Below, in pieces: positions 47,001-57,743 of a stretch of 64,000 nt of DNA. Source of the stretch: Octopus bimaculoides (taxonomy: Eukaryota); NCBI RefSeq assembly GCF_001194135.2, contig NC_068983.1:142778264-142842263 (forward strand), written 5' to 3'. A program made the position numbers and the translations under genes. Below the pieces are notes generated by a model. It was not told the DNA's origin and ran no database searches. It worked only from the letters and a program-made list of their open reading frames with translations. The first letter of the stretch is position 1; each line of letters begins with the position of its first letter.

Positions 47001-48892
47001 TATGACAGTCTGGGTATGTTGTACTCTCTCCACAGCCAGTTGAGATAGGCTAGGTGGACTAGAATACAGCAGTTCCAATTTCTCTGCATTTATTTTTGAG
47101 TTTTTTTTCATGCAGTCTTGTTTTTTGACAGTATCCACAAAAGATCATCATTTCAGATCTATTTTGCATGCTTGCATTGGAAGGTTTGATATGGTTTGTG
47201 TTAGTTCTTGTATGGAGTTACTGTTCTAGAGAGGTCAGAAGACTACAACTTACTCAGATGCCTATTTTAGTATGGTTTCTCTGATTGAATGCCCTTCTAA
47301 ATACCAACCACTTTACAGTGTGCTTTGTGTGCATTTTATTGTTGCATCAGCACTGGAGAAGTTGTTGTGTAATGTCCTCAGCAAGTCTAAAGAATCCTCT
47401 CAATACATCATCATCCTTTAACGTCCATTTTTGATGCTGGCATGGGTTTGATAGTTTGACCAGAGCTGGCAAGCAGGAAAGCTGCACCATGTTCCAGTCT
47501 GATTCGATGTAGTTTCTACGACTGGATGCCCCTTCCTAATACCAACCACTTTACAGAATGTGATGAGTGCTTTTTATGTGGCACCAGCACAGGCACATTT
47601 ATGTGGAACAGGTGCTTTTTATATGGCATGCTGCAAAAAATAGTTTTCTGACAAACTTAAGCATTCAGCTAGCATTCAAGCCATGACCAATGGAAACTTC
47701 TTCACTGTTTCATGAAACAAATAGTTATACTCTCTGACACTTCAGAATACTTGTACAAGATTTGAACTTATGAATATATCTGTAGTTCAGTTTATTTCCC
47801 AACAGTTAAATCTGATTTTAGTAAATAAAAGAAAAATGTTAATCAAATACATCAATAAATGGATCATTCATCTGCTGCCTCTCTAATTTGTACATGTGGA
47901 AGGATTTCAGCCGTCAACAAGGTAGCAGATTGGCAGTTGATTGTGTTAGATAGAATAACAGTATTTGTTGCCGCTCTCTGTTCCCTGACTTCACATCCCA
48001 CCTTTGCCTTCTGTCCCTACGGTGTTGATAAAGTACTAGTCATTTACTGGGGCTTGTTTTACTCTACCTCCTCTCTGAATTGGTTACATTGAACAGGCTA
48101 AGAAATGTATATTCATATTGCTACCCCACCAATCCTTTCGTCACCACTCTGGACCCACTAAGAAAGAAATATCAATGTACAGTTCATTTACAGTTTTAAC
48201 CAAGTTTCTTGAGGATAACCTACTTATAAAGCATATGTAGAGGACCAGTAAATGTTAGTGTCTTAGACTCTAGTGAACTCAAAGGAACATGAATTACTGA
48301 TACACAATCCAGTAGGCTGACTCACTATTGAATTCTCTCAGTTGTGACTTCACAAGACATAAATATTTTTGTAATGTCAGATTGTAAGAAAATAGTTTTA
48401 GTTCATTATAATTGTGTTTAACATTTCATGAAAATGTTCCAAAACACATAATAAATTGTTGTGACACTATCAAATGTTTAAAAAATTTTTTTAATGACAA
48501 GTCAATCTGACAGAATCGATTCTTCTCTCAGATACTGACTGTCTGCATATTATAAATACAAGAAGTGAGGTGCACTTAACTAGGAATGAACTCTGTTTCA
48601 AACTCTGCCATGAGGTTAACACTGGCATGTATTGCTTATATGTTTGATACAAAATAGCAACCAAAATATTAATTCAATTCTGTTATATGTAAATGATGAC
48701 ATTTATAATTTATTTTATTTTCAGAATGCTCACAGTACATATTTTATTACTCTTGTGGAATTTCGTATTTCTCTGGTTGTCATTACTGATGGAAAGAGGT
48801 CAGAGCGAGACTCTCCTATTAGCAACTTTTTGGCCGAATTCACAACCCAGTTAAGATGTAACAAACATTTTGCATCACTAAAACCTGGTTAA
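16899..48892 (+). CDS. KICS2: KICSTOR complex subunit 2 (C12orf66 orthologue), spliced CDS join(16899..17042,18684..18830,23364..23521,24229..24366,26677..26815,39345..39443,42561..42658,44424..44589,46222..46326,48725..48892), 453 aa
   Basis: Ten exons with GT/AG boundaries join in one frame from ATG 16899 to TAA 48890-48892. The translation is collinear end to end with human KICS2 as recalled: FHHPLLSHLKTSF vs FHHPILSPLESSF; LLSKFSIYFYE vs LLAKFSFYFHE; HWPNILMI vs HWPNVIMI; KRSERDS vs KKSERDS; FASLKPG identical. Comparison from memory, not a database search. Confidence 0.95.
17520..17880 (+). mobile_element. Non-coding-bodied repeat with RTE-type 3' tail
   Basis: Tail ends GATGATGAT at about 17880; body is the reverse complement of about 44870-45000. 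Confidence 0.65.
18684..18830 (+). CDS. KICS2: KICS2 coding exon 2 (ERERDFTKSN...FSTRHKD)
   Basis: Acceptor TGCAG|GAA, donor GAT|GTGAGT; 147 nt; aligns to human EKEREANK...FSRKD. Confidence 0.93.
21564..22562 (-). mobile_element. Internally deleted mariner transposon fossil
   Basis: TA flanks at 21562-63 and 22563-64; TIR TTGGGT(C/T)ATC(C/T)CATAAATAATG; minus-strand remnant from ATG 22379: MEVTKEHIQHILLYEF...WVP...IVTGDEKW...KVLLSVWWD; later catalytic motifs deleted; stops present. Confidence 0.9.
22614..23255 (-). mobile_element. 5'-truncated RTE LINE copy
   Basis: (CAT)n tail and 3' UTR, then degenerate C-terminal coding sequence homologous to 9100-9430. Confidence 0.75.
23364..23521 (+). 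CDS. KICS2: KICS2 coding exon 3 (TLRNSYQNL...ARLRTMD)
   Basis: Acceptor CTCAG|ACC, donor CT|GTATCCTT (U12 type); 158 nt, ends phase 2; aligns to human SIRTIY...ARMEIADF. Confidence 0.92.
23522..24228 (+). other. U12-type (minor spliceosome) GT-AG intron, KICS2 intron 3
   Basis: 5' end GTATCCTT matches the U12 consensus RTATCCTT; branch site TTCCTTGAC at 24212-24220 matches TTCCTTRAY; AG at 24227-24228 follows closely with no polypyrimidine tract. Confidence 0.85.
23832..23973 (+). mobile_element. RTE 3'-end copy inside the U12 intron
   Basis: ATTAGGAAGGGCATCCAGCT core and (GAT)n tail. Confidence 0.8.
24229..24366 (+). CDS. KICS2: KICS2 coding exon 4 (YEQLTTIG...FHHPLLSHLKTSF)
   Basis: Acceptor GTTAG|C, donor AA|GTATGT; 138 nt, phase 2/2; conserved FHHP motif. 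Confidence 0.93.
24803..25217. other. Assembly gap (N run) within a (TA)n microsatellite, KICS2 intron 4
   Basis: Ns flanked by TA repeats; exon 4 to exon 5 alignment is contiguous, so no conserved exon is hidden. Confidence 1.
26677..26815 (+). CDS. KICS2: KICS2 coding exon 5 (YECEIIQHLL...LHQAHTKLAQWGTCLPAKE)
   Basis: Not in the ORF track (no ATG); translated by hand. Acceptor ATACAG|C, donor GAG|GTAAAC; aligns to human LPSLVNLHSAHTKLQTWG. Confidence 0.93.
29521..29604 (+). CDS. KICS2: Candidate in-frame cassette exon of KICS2 (LAPVPSVGPVVAKCTVPAADPMAHTASR)
   Basis: 84 nt, stop-free in phase 0, GC-richer than the flanks, pyrimidine tract plus ACAAG acceptor, consensus donor CGG|GTAAGT; lies in a phase-0 intron. 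No transcript evidence available. Confidence 0.55.
30642..30859. mobile_element. piggyBac-like MITE, second copy in opposite orientation
   Basis: CCCTTTAG...CTAAAGGG|TTAA; interior is the reverse complement of 13361-13581. Confidence 0.75.
31183..32270 (-). mobile_element. Long non-coding-bodied repeat with RTE-type tail, containing (GA)n at about 31703-31762
   Basis: Tail at 31183-31450, then a purine-rich body homologous to the reverse complement of about 35020-35165 and to 44870-45000. Confidence 0.65.
32428..32682. mobile_element. MITE-like element with about 52-bp inverted repeats (CAGTC...GACTG)
   Basis: GAAAGAACATTCTTATTTAGAGCACTTTGATT is inverted at both ends; no TSD identified. Confidence 0.65.
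34200..35250 (+). mobile_element. Diverged copy of the pyrimidine-rich-bodied repeat
   Basis: 3' part is reverse-complementary to 31470-31600; followed by a decayed RTE-type tail. Confidence 0.5.
39345..39443 (+). CDS. KICS2: KICS2 coding exon 6 (TKRSAFSV...FTWLLKYKNLLLSK)
   Basis: Acceptor TTTCAG|ACA, donor AAA|GTGAGT; aligns to human TKKHLF...FLWLMKLKNMLLAK. Confidence 0.93.
40009..40800 (+). mobile_element. Head-to-tail array of at least four tRNA-derived SINEs (family A)
   Basis: Units start at about 40009, 40207, 40428 and 40640; each has a B-box-like GAGTTCAAAT or variant, the TTTGCCTTTCATCCTTT..GGGGT.GATAAA core or variant, and (for the first three) an ATT-rich tail. Confidence 0.8.
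40801..40975 (-). mobile_element. RTE 3'-end copy inserted into the fourth SINE of the array
   Basis: (CAT)n tail and GCTGGATGCCCTTCCTAACGCCAACCAC core; SINE tail-like sequence resumes at about 40980. Confidence 0.75.
42561..42658 (+). CDS. KICS2: KICS2 coding exon 7 (FSIYFYEII...PEDYYT)
   Basis: Acceptor TTTCAG|TTT, donor CG|GTAATA; ends phase 2; aligns to human FSFYFHEAL. Confidence 0.92.
43507..43808 (-). mobile_element. Possible solo LTR
   Basis: Minus strand begins TGTAGTAAC, is CpG-rich, has AATAAA near its 3' end and ends CGTTCCGTTTATA (a CA end would need one substitution); no convincing TSD. Confidence 0.35.
44424..44589 (+). CDS. KICS2: KICS2 coding exon 8 (ITNFEKKAD...NGYFHP...FPSIFKYPA)
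   Basis: Acceptor CACAG|A, donor GCA|GTAAGT; aligns to human ISSFIRKYD...HGYHHP...YPAVVSLPS. Confidence 0.92.
44683..45150 (-). mobile_element. Non-coding-bodied repeat with RTE-type tail, just downstream of exon 8
   Basis: Tail plus body homologous to 17520-17880 (inverted) and 31450-31600. Confidence 0.6.
46222..46326 (+). CDS. KICS2: KICS2 coding exon 9 (DRNVHKHWPNILMII...KVIWFYDK)
   Basis: Acceptor TTTAG|GAT, donor AAA|GTAAGC; conserved HWPN motif. Confidence 0.94.
47406..47630 (-). mobile_element. RTE 3'-end copy
   Basis: CATCATCATCCTTTAACGTCC start and CTGGATGCC-CTTCCTAATACCAACCAC core. Confidence 0.75.
48725..48892 (+). CDS. KICS2: KICS2 terminal coding exon 10 (NAHSTYFIT...FASLKPG*)
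   Basis: Acceptor TTTCAG|AAT, stop TAA; aligns to the human C-terminus STYFLT...KKSERDS...FASLKPG. Confidence 0.95.
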   Translation, partial: NAHSTYFITLVEFRISLVVITDGKRSERDSPISNFLAEFTTQLRCNKHFASLKPG

Positions 48893-49516
48893 CCACCATT
48901 ATTTCTGTTAAATGCTGTATATGAATCACTATTCAAGCTTTGGGTATTTCTTGTAAAGTGAGGCTGCTCAACAGATTTTTTTTAATGAAATATATAAAAG
49001 AAGACACTGTGATAATAGGAAAAAAAAACAACAAATTAAAAAAATCCAACAGTTCAAATTCATACTTGTTTTATTGATATTTTTCAATTTTATATTTAGA
49101 ATATTGAAATTATTATTTTATTACAAAACAGTAAACATTCAGGGAATCATAGCCTTTGCATTTTCATACTGGGTATTGATAGCCAGTTTGATAAAACAAA
49201 TCGTAGTGAAACATGTTGCTTCTTGCTTTTACAATGAACTTCTTGCCTACATTAATTAGACTTTCAACTAATCAGCCATCATCTTTATATACTTCATTTA
49301 CTTTATTTCTGTTTGTAGTACCAATGAACCTGTTAAAAACAAAAGCTGTGTTGTGATGGTAAGCTCTTGTGGAAGACAACCTTTAATGTTCAACTTCAGT
49401 GATTTGTATATGGTCCGTGGTATACAAACTTTTTACTGTCTTGATGTGTTGTCTACTGGCATCAGGCAAATTTGACAGATTGGTGTGTTTGAGACTTATG
49501 TTTTTCCTTTAACATT

Positions 49517-49725
49517 TACTTGTTTCAGTCATTGGACTGCATCCATGCTGGGACACCATCTTGTGCTTAGTCGAATAAATCAACCCCACTACTTATTTTT
49601 TTAACGTCTGGTACTTATTCTATTGGTCCTTTTTTTTTTTTTTACCAAACTGCTAGGTTACAGGGGCATAAACAAACCAACACAAGTTGTCAAGTGGTGG
49701 TGGTGGACAAGCACAAAGACATACA
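49517..49725 (-). mobile_element. SINE-like repeat (family B)
   Basis: Homologous to 7861-8052. Confidence 0.7.
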
Positions 49726-49754
49726 TATATATATATATATATATACACACACAC

Positions 49755-50940
49755 TCACACACGACAAGTAAACAGACACCCTTATAATCATCAAAATTTC
49801 TTTAAATCTGAAATTATACATTCAAATTATTTATCAATTGTTATAATGTGAATATTTAATATTTAGTAGACATGTCTTTTGCATTTTTCAATGCAAGGAC
49901 CCTATTAGGCATGTTAGTGATCAGATGACGCATATTCTTTCATGGAAAATCTTGCCAAGTTTCATGCAGTAATCACAAAAGATCTGGCTTTGAAGATGCT
50001 TTCTTGTTCTTGTTATGGCTGGGCCATGGAAGTTTTTTAATGCCATTCTCATCCAACAAATCTTGGGTCATTTTAGCCATGTGACAAGGAGCCCCATCTT
50101 CCATAAATAGTCTTCTTTAATCATTTCACCACTGGATAAAATTGGAAGGAATCCTTCTGGAATATGAACACACATCTGTGTTTGTTTCTCTCACACTCCA
50201 TCAGCTCTGATCAACCATTGCTCCAAATTGCTCCCCAGACCATCACAGAATAGCTGCCATATTTCATTGTTGGCTGCAATCTTTTCACATCAAATTCTTG
50301 ATCACAGAATCTCCAGACCCACACTTGACCACTGTCAGGAAATACAGCAAATCTGGACTCATCAGAGAATATGACAGTGTCCCAAAAAGCTAGTGACCTC
50401 TTCACCATCTCACTGGCCCAATCTTTTCTCTGCTTGATGTTGGCTGGTCGAAGAAGTGACTTCCTTCTTGCTGCTCTGCTATTGTAACCAAGTTTATGGA
50501 GATACCTGACAGCTGTTCTGGGACTGACATCAACTTGTTCTGCTATGTCAGAAGCCTTGCAACGAAGATTATCCTCCACACTTCTCTTAGCAAAGAGAAG
50601 GGTCTTGTCAGAAGACCCTGGTTGATCTGGGTGAAGTGATGTGGACTCCTTCCCCCCTCTCTGGTGAATTGCACAATCACTACTAACTATAGAAAGTGGG
50701 ATCCCAAGGTTTTCTGTGATTTTACACTGACTATGCCCACCTTCAGAATGACCCACAATACGGCCTCTTTGAAATTCAAACAGTTCCAAGGCTTCTTTTG
50801 TACATGGCATGATTAAACTGTCACATGTAGAACCTGAAACATAAAAATGTCAATTAATAAAAGATATAAATCTTTACAACTTAGAATAACATAAAACGAT
50901 GTTTTATGGGGTGTCTGTTTACTTCTGTCATGTTTATGTA
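49755..50940 (-). mobile_element. Tc1-family transposon fossil
   Basis: ORF 50810-50211 with HTH region, VIFSDESRF and SVMVWGAI; downstream FMEDGAPCH and PWPS in broken frames; inverted AAGTAAACAGACACCC at 49766-49781 and 50908-50923. Confidence 0.9.
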
Positions 50941-51827
50941 TGCACACACATGTACACAACAGGCTTCCATGCAGTTTCTATCTATGGAATTCACTCAAAG
51001 CATTGGTCAGCCTAAGACATAAGGCATACCTAGGGTGCCATGCAATAGGACTGAAACCAAAACCATGTGGTTGCTAAGCAAGCTCCTTAATTATTAAGCT
51101 GCGTCTGTGCAAAATATTGTTTGCAATGTGACTGGTTAAATATTTTTTTCCATTGTTTACTGACAAGAACAGATTTGTCTGCCACTGTTATCACATTCGT
51201 GCAAGTATTCTTGTACTTAGAGGGTTATAGCTCTAGTGTTATGTAAAAGAATTCCTATATTATTTGACAGGGTGATTTTTAGATGACAGCGTTTGAATGT
51301 AAAGGAATTTTGGAGGAAGGAAATATTCACTGCCTCGAACAAATTGGACTACTTGGAGGATAAGGGTTTGTCCCAGCATGATTGTTTCATTTAATTCTCT
51401 GGGAAAACTTGAATGGAAATTTCTTTCTATATAGCAAGATATTTGTTCAAATTTTTTCTGGAATATTCAGAAGAAAAAATAATGTTTCAAATATTGCATG
51501 AATAAAAGAGAGATAAGAAGATAAGTAGATAAATCTATTTTTTTCATTGTATTCCTCAACTACACAGACTGCCTAGGAGGGAACATCATACTCAAGCATT
51601 ATAGAGTATTACTGAATATGGGAACAGTATGGTTATCTGTACAAAGAGATTTTAAGATATTTATTTGTGTAAGCAAGGAGAACAAATTTTACTATTGCTT
51701 TTGTTTTTGTTAGACTATGCTTTGATTCAAATTCAGGGGTTGATAAAATATGTTTCAGACACATAATGAAGTTCAGTTTACAAGATTCCTATTTTACAAA
51801 TTTGAGGTGTTGTACCAATGATGATGA

Positions 51828-51945
51828 TCATCATTTTTATGTCCACTTTCCATGCAGTATGGGTTTGAAGGTTTGACAGGATGTAACGGGTTGAAGAACT
51901 ATATCTTGCTCCAGTGTCTCAGTTTTGACATGGTTTCTGTAGCTT
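51828..51945 (-). mobile_element. Short RTE 3'-end copy
   Basis: CATCATTTTTATGTCCACTTTCCATGC start. Confidence 0.55.
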
Positions 51946-52798
51946 CCTAGCTTCAGTCCATGTAAGAAATCATTTTCTAGTATTATTATTGGATTTTTTT
52001 GTTTCTAAGGTAGTGAGAGGGTGAAAGAAATAGAGCATCGGACTAAAAGCAACACAATATTTTACTTCTATCCCTCTATGCTCTAAGTTCAAACCTTCTT
52101 ACCAGAATCAATAATTTCCTTTTATCTCATCTGAATTAATAATTATCAAGAACTTAATAATTATCAGGGATTAATTCAGTTGACTTTTTAAAATTAGAAA
52201 CAATTATTATTATATAAAGGCTGTGGGTTGTTTACATAAATCAAAGAAAGAGGGGAGTGACTATGACCTTTTCAGTCTTTCCTAGACAAGTAAAATTTAT
52301 GCAGATGATATAGGGAAAATGTGAGCCTAGAAGGATCTGGAATCCTGCTTCGAATATTTGCAACAAAGTGAACTCTGCTAACTGCACCCATAGATGAAGT
52401 TGTGGTGTTAAAATGGGTGGCTTGTAAGGCTGACACCACTAAAAATGGAAGTTCTAAGGTGTTTTTCTTGTGACACTAGCATTAGAAAGGCTGTTTTAAT
52501 GGATTGAGAGCCATCCTCGGGCTTATGCTAGTTGTTTGCAATTTGTAGTAACCAAGGATCCTAGATAGGTTTGTCTTCTCTGTGCATAGAACCAGTGATT
52601 TCCTGAGAGATGATTCAAGGTTATGAGAAGAATATTCAAGAAGAGTAAAATGACAAAAAAATGAAAAGGATAGAGATGAAAAAAAAAAGTGAATAATTGC
52701 AGAAAAAAATAGTAAATAAAAATATCTTTTAATGGTTGGTTCTTTAAAAATTGAAAAGTTTACTTTCAAATGTCTCATTTTTCAGTGAATAGCTGTTT

Positions 52799-53090
52799 CA
52801 TCATCATCATCATTGTTTAATGCCCTCTTTCCATGCTGGCATGGGTTGGACAGTTTGACAGTAGCTGGCTAGGCAGGAGACTGTATCAAACTTTTGTGTC
52901 TGCTCTGGCAGGGTTTTTATGGCTGGATGCCCTTCCTAACACCAACCACCCAGCAGAGTGGACTGGGTGCTTTTTACATGGCACAAGCACAGGCAAGGAC
53001 AGTTTGGCATGGTTTTTACAGCTGGATACCCTTCCAAACACCAACCACTTTGCAGTGTGGACTGGATGCTTTCTAAGTAGCGCCAGCACT
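52799..53090 (-). mobile_element. RTE 3'-end copy with duplicated core
   Basis: (CAT)n tail; the GCTGGAT(G/A)CCCTTCC(T/A)AACACCAACCAC core is present twice. Confidence 0.8.
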
Positions 53091-55520
53091 GACTGTTTGG
53101 ATTTAGTAATTTCCAATTTATATATTGCAAATAATTTTATTGTTATCAATGTGCCAAACTTTATTTGCGAAGACACACACACACACATACAAAAAGCCAG
53201 AAATTTGAGAAAACTAATGATGGTTTGCATTGGTTTAAAAAAAGTTACAATTTCTAAAATAAGTCTGGGTTTTGAATAGAGTCCTTCTTCCCTGTTACCC
53301 TTTGATTTATTTTGTATGAATCTTTTTACCTTTTCTGTTCCATTTTTGATCCAAAAGCAAAAGATCAATATTTGACAACCAGTTGAAGAGTCAATAGTTT
53401 ATAAGTACATTATATACTATATTGTGATTTGACAAATCACAAGTATTGTATAGTATTCATGGCTAAGATTTGAAGTTGTCTAGAAAACAATACTACATTT
53501 ACTCTTGTACACATTGCGCTATTTAACATTTAAAAAAAACTGGTGTACATCTTATACAAGGGGCAAAGTTAAAACTATGAAGAAAATGTACAGATTTCCA
53601 AAATATTTTACATTTAAAAGATTGATTCTGATTGTACATATTTTGAGAAGACTAAATATCTCTCTTTCTTCTTCTTAAGCCTTTTGCCTTTGCACCCCAT
53701 GGAGCATGGGCCATCCACAACTTTTCAGCTCTGCTTCAATCATGTTTTGAAGGAAGGTCTTTCTTTCCCAGGAGTTGTTGGTTTTGTATTGTCATTGATG
53801 CTTCTGTAACTTAGCTTTTTTTTGTAGGAAGGGGTTTTGGTCCTTTCACAAACCCATTTTCACTTCAGGAAAGAGGTGGTCCGTATCAAAATGGCCTCTA
53901 ACTTTTGATTTGTCCAGCATGGGAGGCCCTATCAGGAATTTGCATTCCATTAGCACAGCTCTCAGTCATCGAGGCACACAAGCCACCACATTGCAACAAG
54001 GACTGGACCTTGTGGTGGTAAATATATCTCTGGCACATCATAAAACAAGGCTACAGGAGCCTTTATTGTATTGGAGAAACTTTGAGAAAGTCATACATTA
54101 TCCAAGTTGATGAAAAGGAGCCATTGGTAAAAATGGATTGGCTTGTGTTGGGTATACAACACTCCTTATATTGTGGACTACACCTTATAGAAACAAAGAA
54201 TATCAAAGACAATTCTTAAGGAATGAAGGTCATCAGGCTGTTAAAACAAAGGAAAAAAAGCAGTAAAATGAATTTTTAATTAATCAGTGTTGTGTTAGAT
54301 TTCTGTATTGCAGAAGGTAGGTAAGGGCCCACTCCTGTGTATCTCTTGAAGCACCACATAAAAACAGTCTTCAGTGGTTGGTACTACAGCGACCTAATTA
54401 TTTTTTTAACATGCAGATGTACAAATGGAAAAAATGTAACAGTATCATTTAAGGGCTTATATTAACCACTCCCCTTTCTTTCTATTTTTTCATGCATCGT
54501 TTTTGTTAATGGTAGTTGAAAGCTTCGTCAGGAACATGTTTATCAGAAATGAAAAAAAATACTGCGCTATTTGACTTAAGATATAGCCTGTCCCAAAACT
54601 ATAGCAGGCAGATTCAATTACACCATTTATGTGTACTTTGTATACACATTAGTATTCATAGTAACAAATACTGATAAATCACTCAGTCAACATTGAAATA
54701 TATGTATTCTTTTAAATGCAGATGGCTAGAATTTTCAGGAAATTTTTTAATGTTTTTTGAACAGAAGAAAAACATGCCTTTTGCATCACTACAACCACAC
54801 GCGCACACACATATACTAAGTTACAGAAAGAGCCAATGAAGTACACTGCTAGAAATAGTAGCTAAATTTTCCTCAGATCACACACTACCTTCTTAGAATA
54901 AAAGAGTGCATTGGATGATATTATTGGCTTGTGTGCATTGTGCCTGGGAGAAAGCCAGGAAAGTCATGGCTAGAATGTCTTAGATCAGGATTGTCAGTCT
55001 GATCAGAAGTAAAAGGGACTGAGCCACAACTAAATAATAGGGTATTGGTTTATTGGCAGTTAGAAGTGTAGGCAGTTAGAACTGTATTCATTTGTGAATT
55101 GATGCAAGTTTGACTAAAGGGTTTTAAGTTGATTGTAGAAGTTATAAGATCTCCATAATAGATACAGGTCAAATAATAATTAAGAGGGATCAATCTGGGT
55201 AATACTGGAAACAGTGGACTTTCCGGTGAAGGTGATGAAAGATCAAAACTTGTTGAAGGCTGCTGTATTACAAATGAAGTTGATAATATACTAGATAAGT
55301 GAACTACACAGGATTTCTAGTACATCAAGCTTATAACCACTAAACATTAATGTCTTCAAACCTATACTCAACTTCCATTTATTATACATTATACAGCACC
55401 TAATGAGGTAAGGCTAACTTTGTAAGAGAAGAAACCAGCATATGGAACTTCACTTATCCAGAGCTTGTATATATAAAATCCTTTATATATACTGGATTTT
55501 ATATATAATATAATATATAG

Positions 55521-56030
55521 AGGGTTAGGGTTCGGGTTATGAGTATTTTTGCCAAATTTGGTGAAAAATTTATGGCGGTGTATTGAACAGAATTTCACCA
55601 AATTTGGTAAAAATACTCATAACCCGAACCCTAAACCTAAAACCTGAACCCTAATCCTAACTCTAAAACCCGAACCCTAAACCTAAAACCAGTACAAACG
55701 CACGAACGATGTCATAAATAACAGTACCACCGATAGTTGTTGTTGACAAACAACTGCACTAATTTTATTCAAGGGAAAAGATCCCATTACACCGCCACAA
55801 CATGTTGTTTACAATCCACAGCAGTAAATGTTTTCACTTCAATAGACGTCAGTGATTGGTTGAAATTACCGAAATACGACAATTTTAACACGAAATAACT
55901 TTAAAAATATAAACTTTTCTCAACAACACTAAGAGTAAAAGATGTTTTATATGACACATTCTACCAGTGTCCCAAGTTTGAAAGTGTTTCGTTAAGGAAA
56001 CAAGTGGTGTCCGCCAAATCAGAAAGATCC
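55521..56030. mobile_element. Partial MITE related to the GGATCT family, with a telomere-repeat hairpin and a variant terminus
   Basis: About 55842-55996 matches the right subterminal part of 5968-6605 but ends CCGCCAAATCAGAAAGATCC; 46-bp-arm hairpin at 55521-55638; degenerate TAACCC array to about 55690. Confidence 0.6.
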
Positions 56031-56701
56031 CTGGGGATCGATTCATTCGACTAAAACTTCTTTAAGGTGGTGCCCCAGCATAGCTGAAACAAGTAAAAGA
56101 TAGAACACACGCGCACACACCAGACAAGTTATGGGTAATGGTCATTACATATTTTTCCTTTATGTGACTGGATAAACCAATCAACCATATACTCTATATA
56201 TGAACGTTGGTTGGTTGATTTATCCAGTCACGCTATATGCATCGTAAAGGAAAAAGACAAGATTTAAAAAGAAAAACGAAGAAAGTTAACATAAGAGGCT
56301 CAGAATGAGTCTTAAAACTACACATCTTTTTTTAAAATGAAATTTTGCAGGGGCAGGTGTTGGACGAAGTAGATAATGATTGTACTGATAAAACGGTAGA
56401 AAAATGACATATTTATTGCAAACGTACAAATGAAAAATTTATTTTATTGCATTTTATTTAAAGATAATAAATATTTTTCTTCTGAAAATTAGTATTCATT
56501 TCATCATTTCATGTAAGCACCATGAAATTTGATAAAAGATAAGATATAATTGATAAATATCACATATTTCTGGTTATTACGCGTAATGGCAAAAGTATAT
56601 TTCCAAAGTTACCTGCCATATGACGGGTAATGCGTATGTATGTATGTATGTATGTATGTATGTATGTATGCATGCATGCATGCATGTATGTATGTATGTG
56701 T

Positions 56702-56933
56702 GTTATTTCTTTACTACCCACAAGGGGCTACACACAGGGGACAAACAAGGACAGACAAACGGATTAAATCGATTATATCGACCCCAGTGCGTAACTGGTA
56801 CTTATTTAATCGACCCCGAAAGGATGAAAGGCAAAGTCGACCTCGGCGGAATTTGAACTCAGAACGTAGCGGGCAGATGAAATATCGCTAAACATTTCGC
56901 CCGGTGTGCTAACGGTTCTGCCAGCTCACCGCC
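56702..56933 (-). mobile_element. Young full-length tRNA-derived SINE (family A head) within a (TATG)n microsatellite
   Basis: Minus strand GGCGGTGAGCTGGCAGAACCG (A-box-like)...GAGTTCAAATTCC (B-box)...GCCTTTCATCCTTTCGGGGTCGAT core; CpGs retained. Confidence 0.85.
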
Positions 56934-57431
56934 GTATGTATGTGTGTGTGTGTGTGTGTGTGCGTCTGCGTGCACGCGTGTGTGCGTGCGTGCGTGCATA
57001 CATGTATGTAGTGCGTGCGAGTGTACTAAACTCAGTGTTTTACATTAAAGCAAATAGTAATGTGAACTCTTGTCATCCAGCTCACCTACCCAGCTTCATC
57101 CTTTCTGTCTTAACACTAAAAGTGTTTTACGCACACACGTACAACTTGAGTTTGCCTGCACGTAAATTTACGACACAATCGCGCGAAATATCATCCTGTT
57201 ATTATCTTCAAAAGTTGCCCACATTTAGAGCTGTAACGAATTGTATGTGTATGCGCCATAAAAAATATGTACGCCAAGACCGAAATGTGTGTGTGTGTGT
57301 GTGTGTGTGTTCGTGCGTGTGCATGCGCTTGTATACATTTAACATACTCCTATAAGGCATCTAAAATGCGAATGAAATTATAAAAGAAGGAGTTATGTTA
57401 CGTATTATGTATGAATGCATGCATGTATGCT

Positions 57432-57504
<73 letters not shown>

Positions 57505-57506
<2 letters not shown>

Positions 57507-57695
57507 TCTTTACTTGTTTCAGTCATTAGACTGAGGCCATGGGGAATTAATAGTCGAATGAATCGACTCCCAGTGCTTTTTACTTTTTGGTAAGTCTGGT
57601 ACTTATTCTATCGGTCTCTTTTACCGAACTGCTAAGTTACGGGGCCGTAAACACACCTGCACCGGTTGTCAAGCGGTTTTTGGGGACGACAGAGA
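57505..57695 (-). mobile_element. SINE-like repeat (family B) next to (TA)n at 57434-57502
   Basis: Homologous to 7861-8052. Confidence 0.75.
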
Positions 57696-57743
57696 CATAT
57701 TCATACACATACATACATACATAAATACACTCACACACATATA

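Noticed and set aside
6990-53090. Excess of minus-strand RTE tails (about 9 versus 4)
   Set aside because: Numbers too small, and the excess is weak within the gene body.
53660-54020. Possible internally deleted RTE-like element
   Set aside because: Resemblance is from memory only; no second copy or coding remnant in the window.
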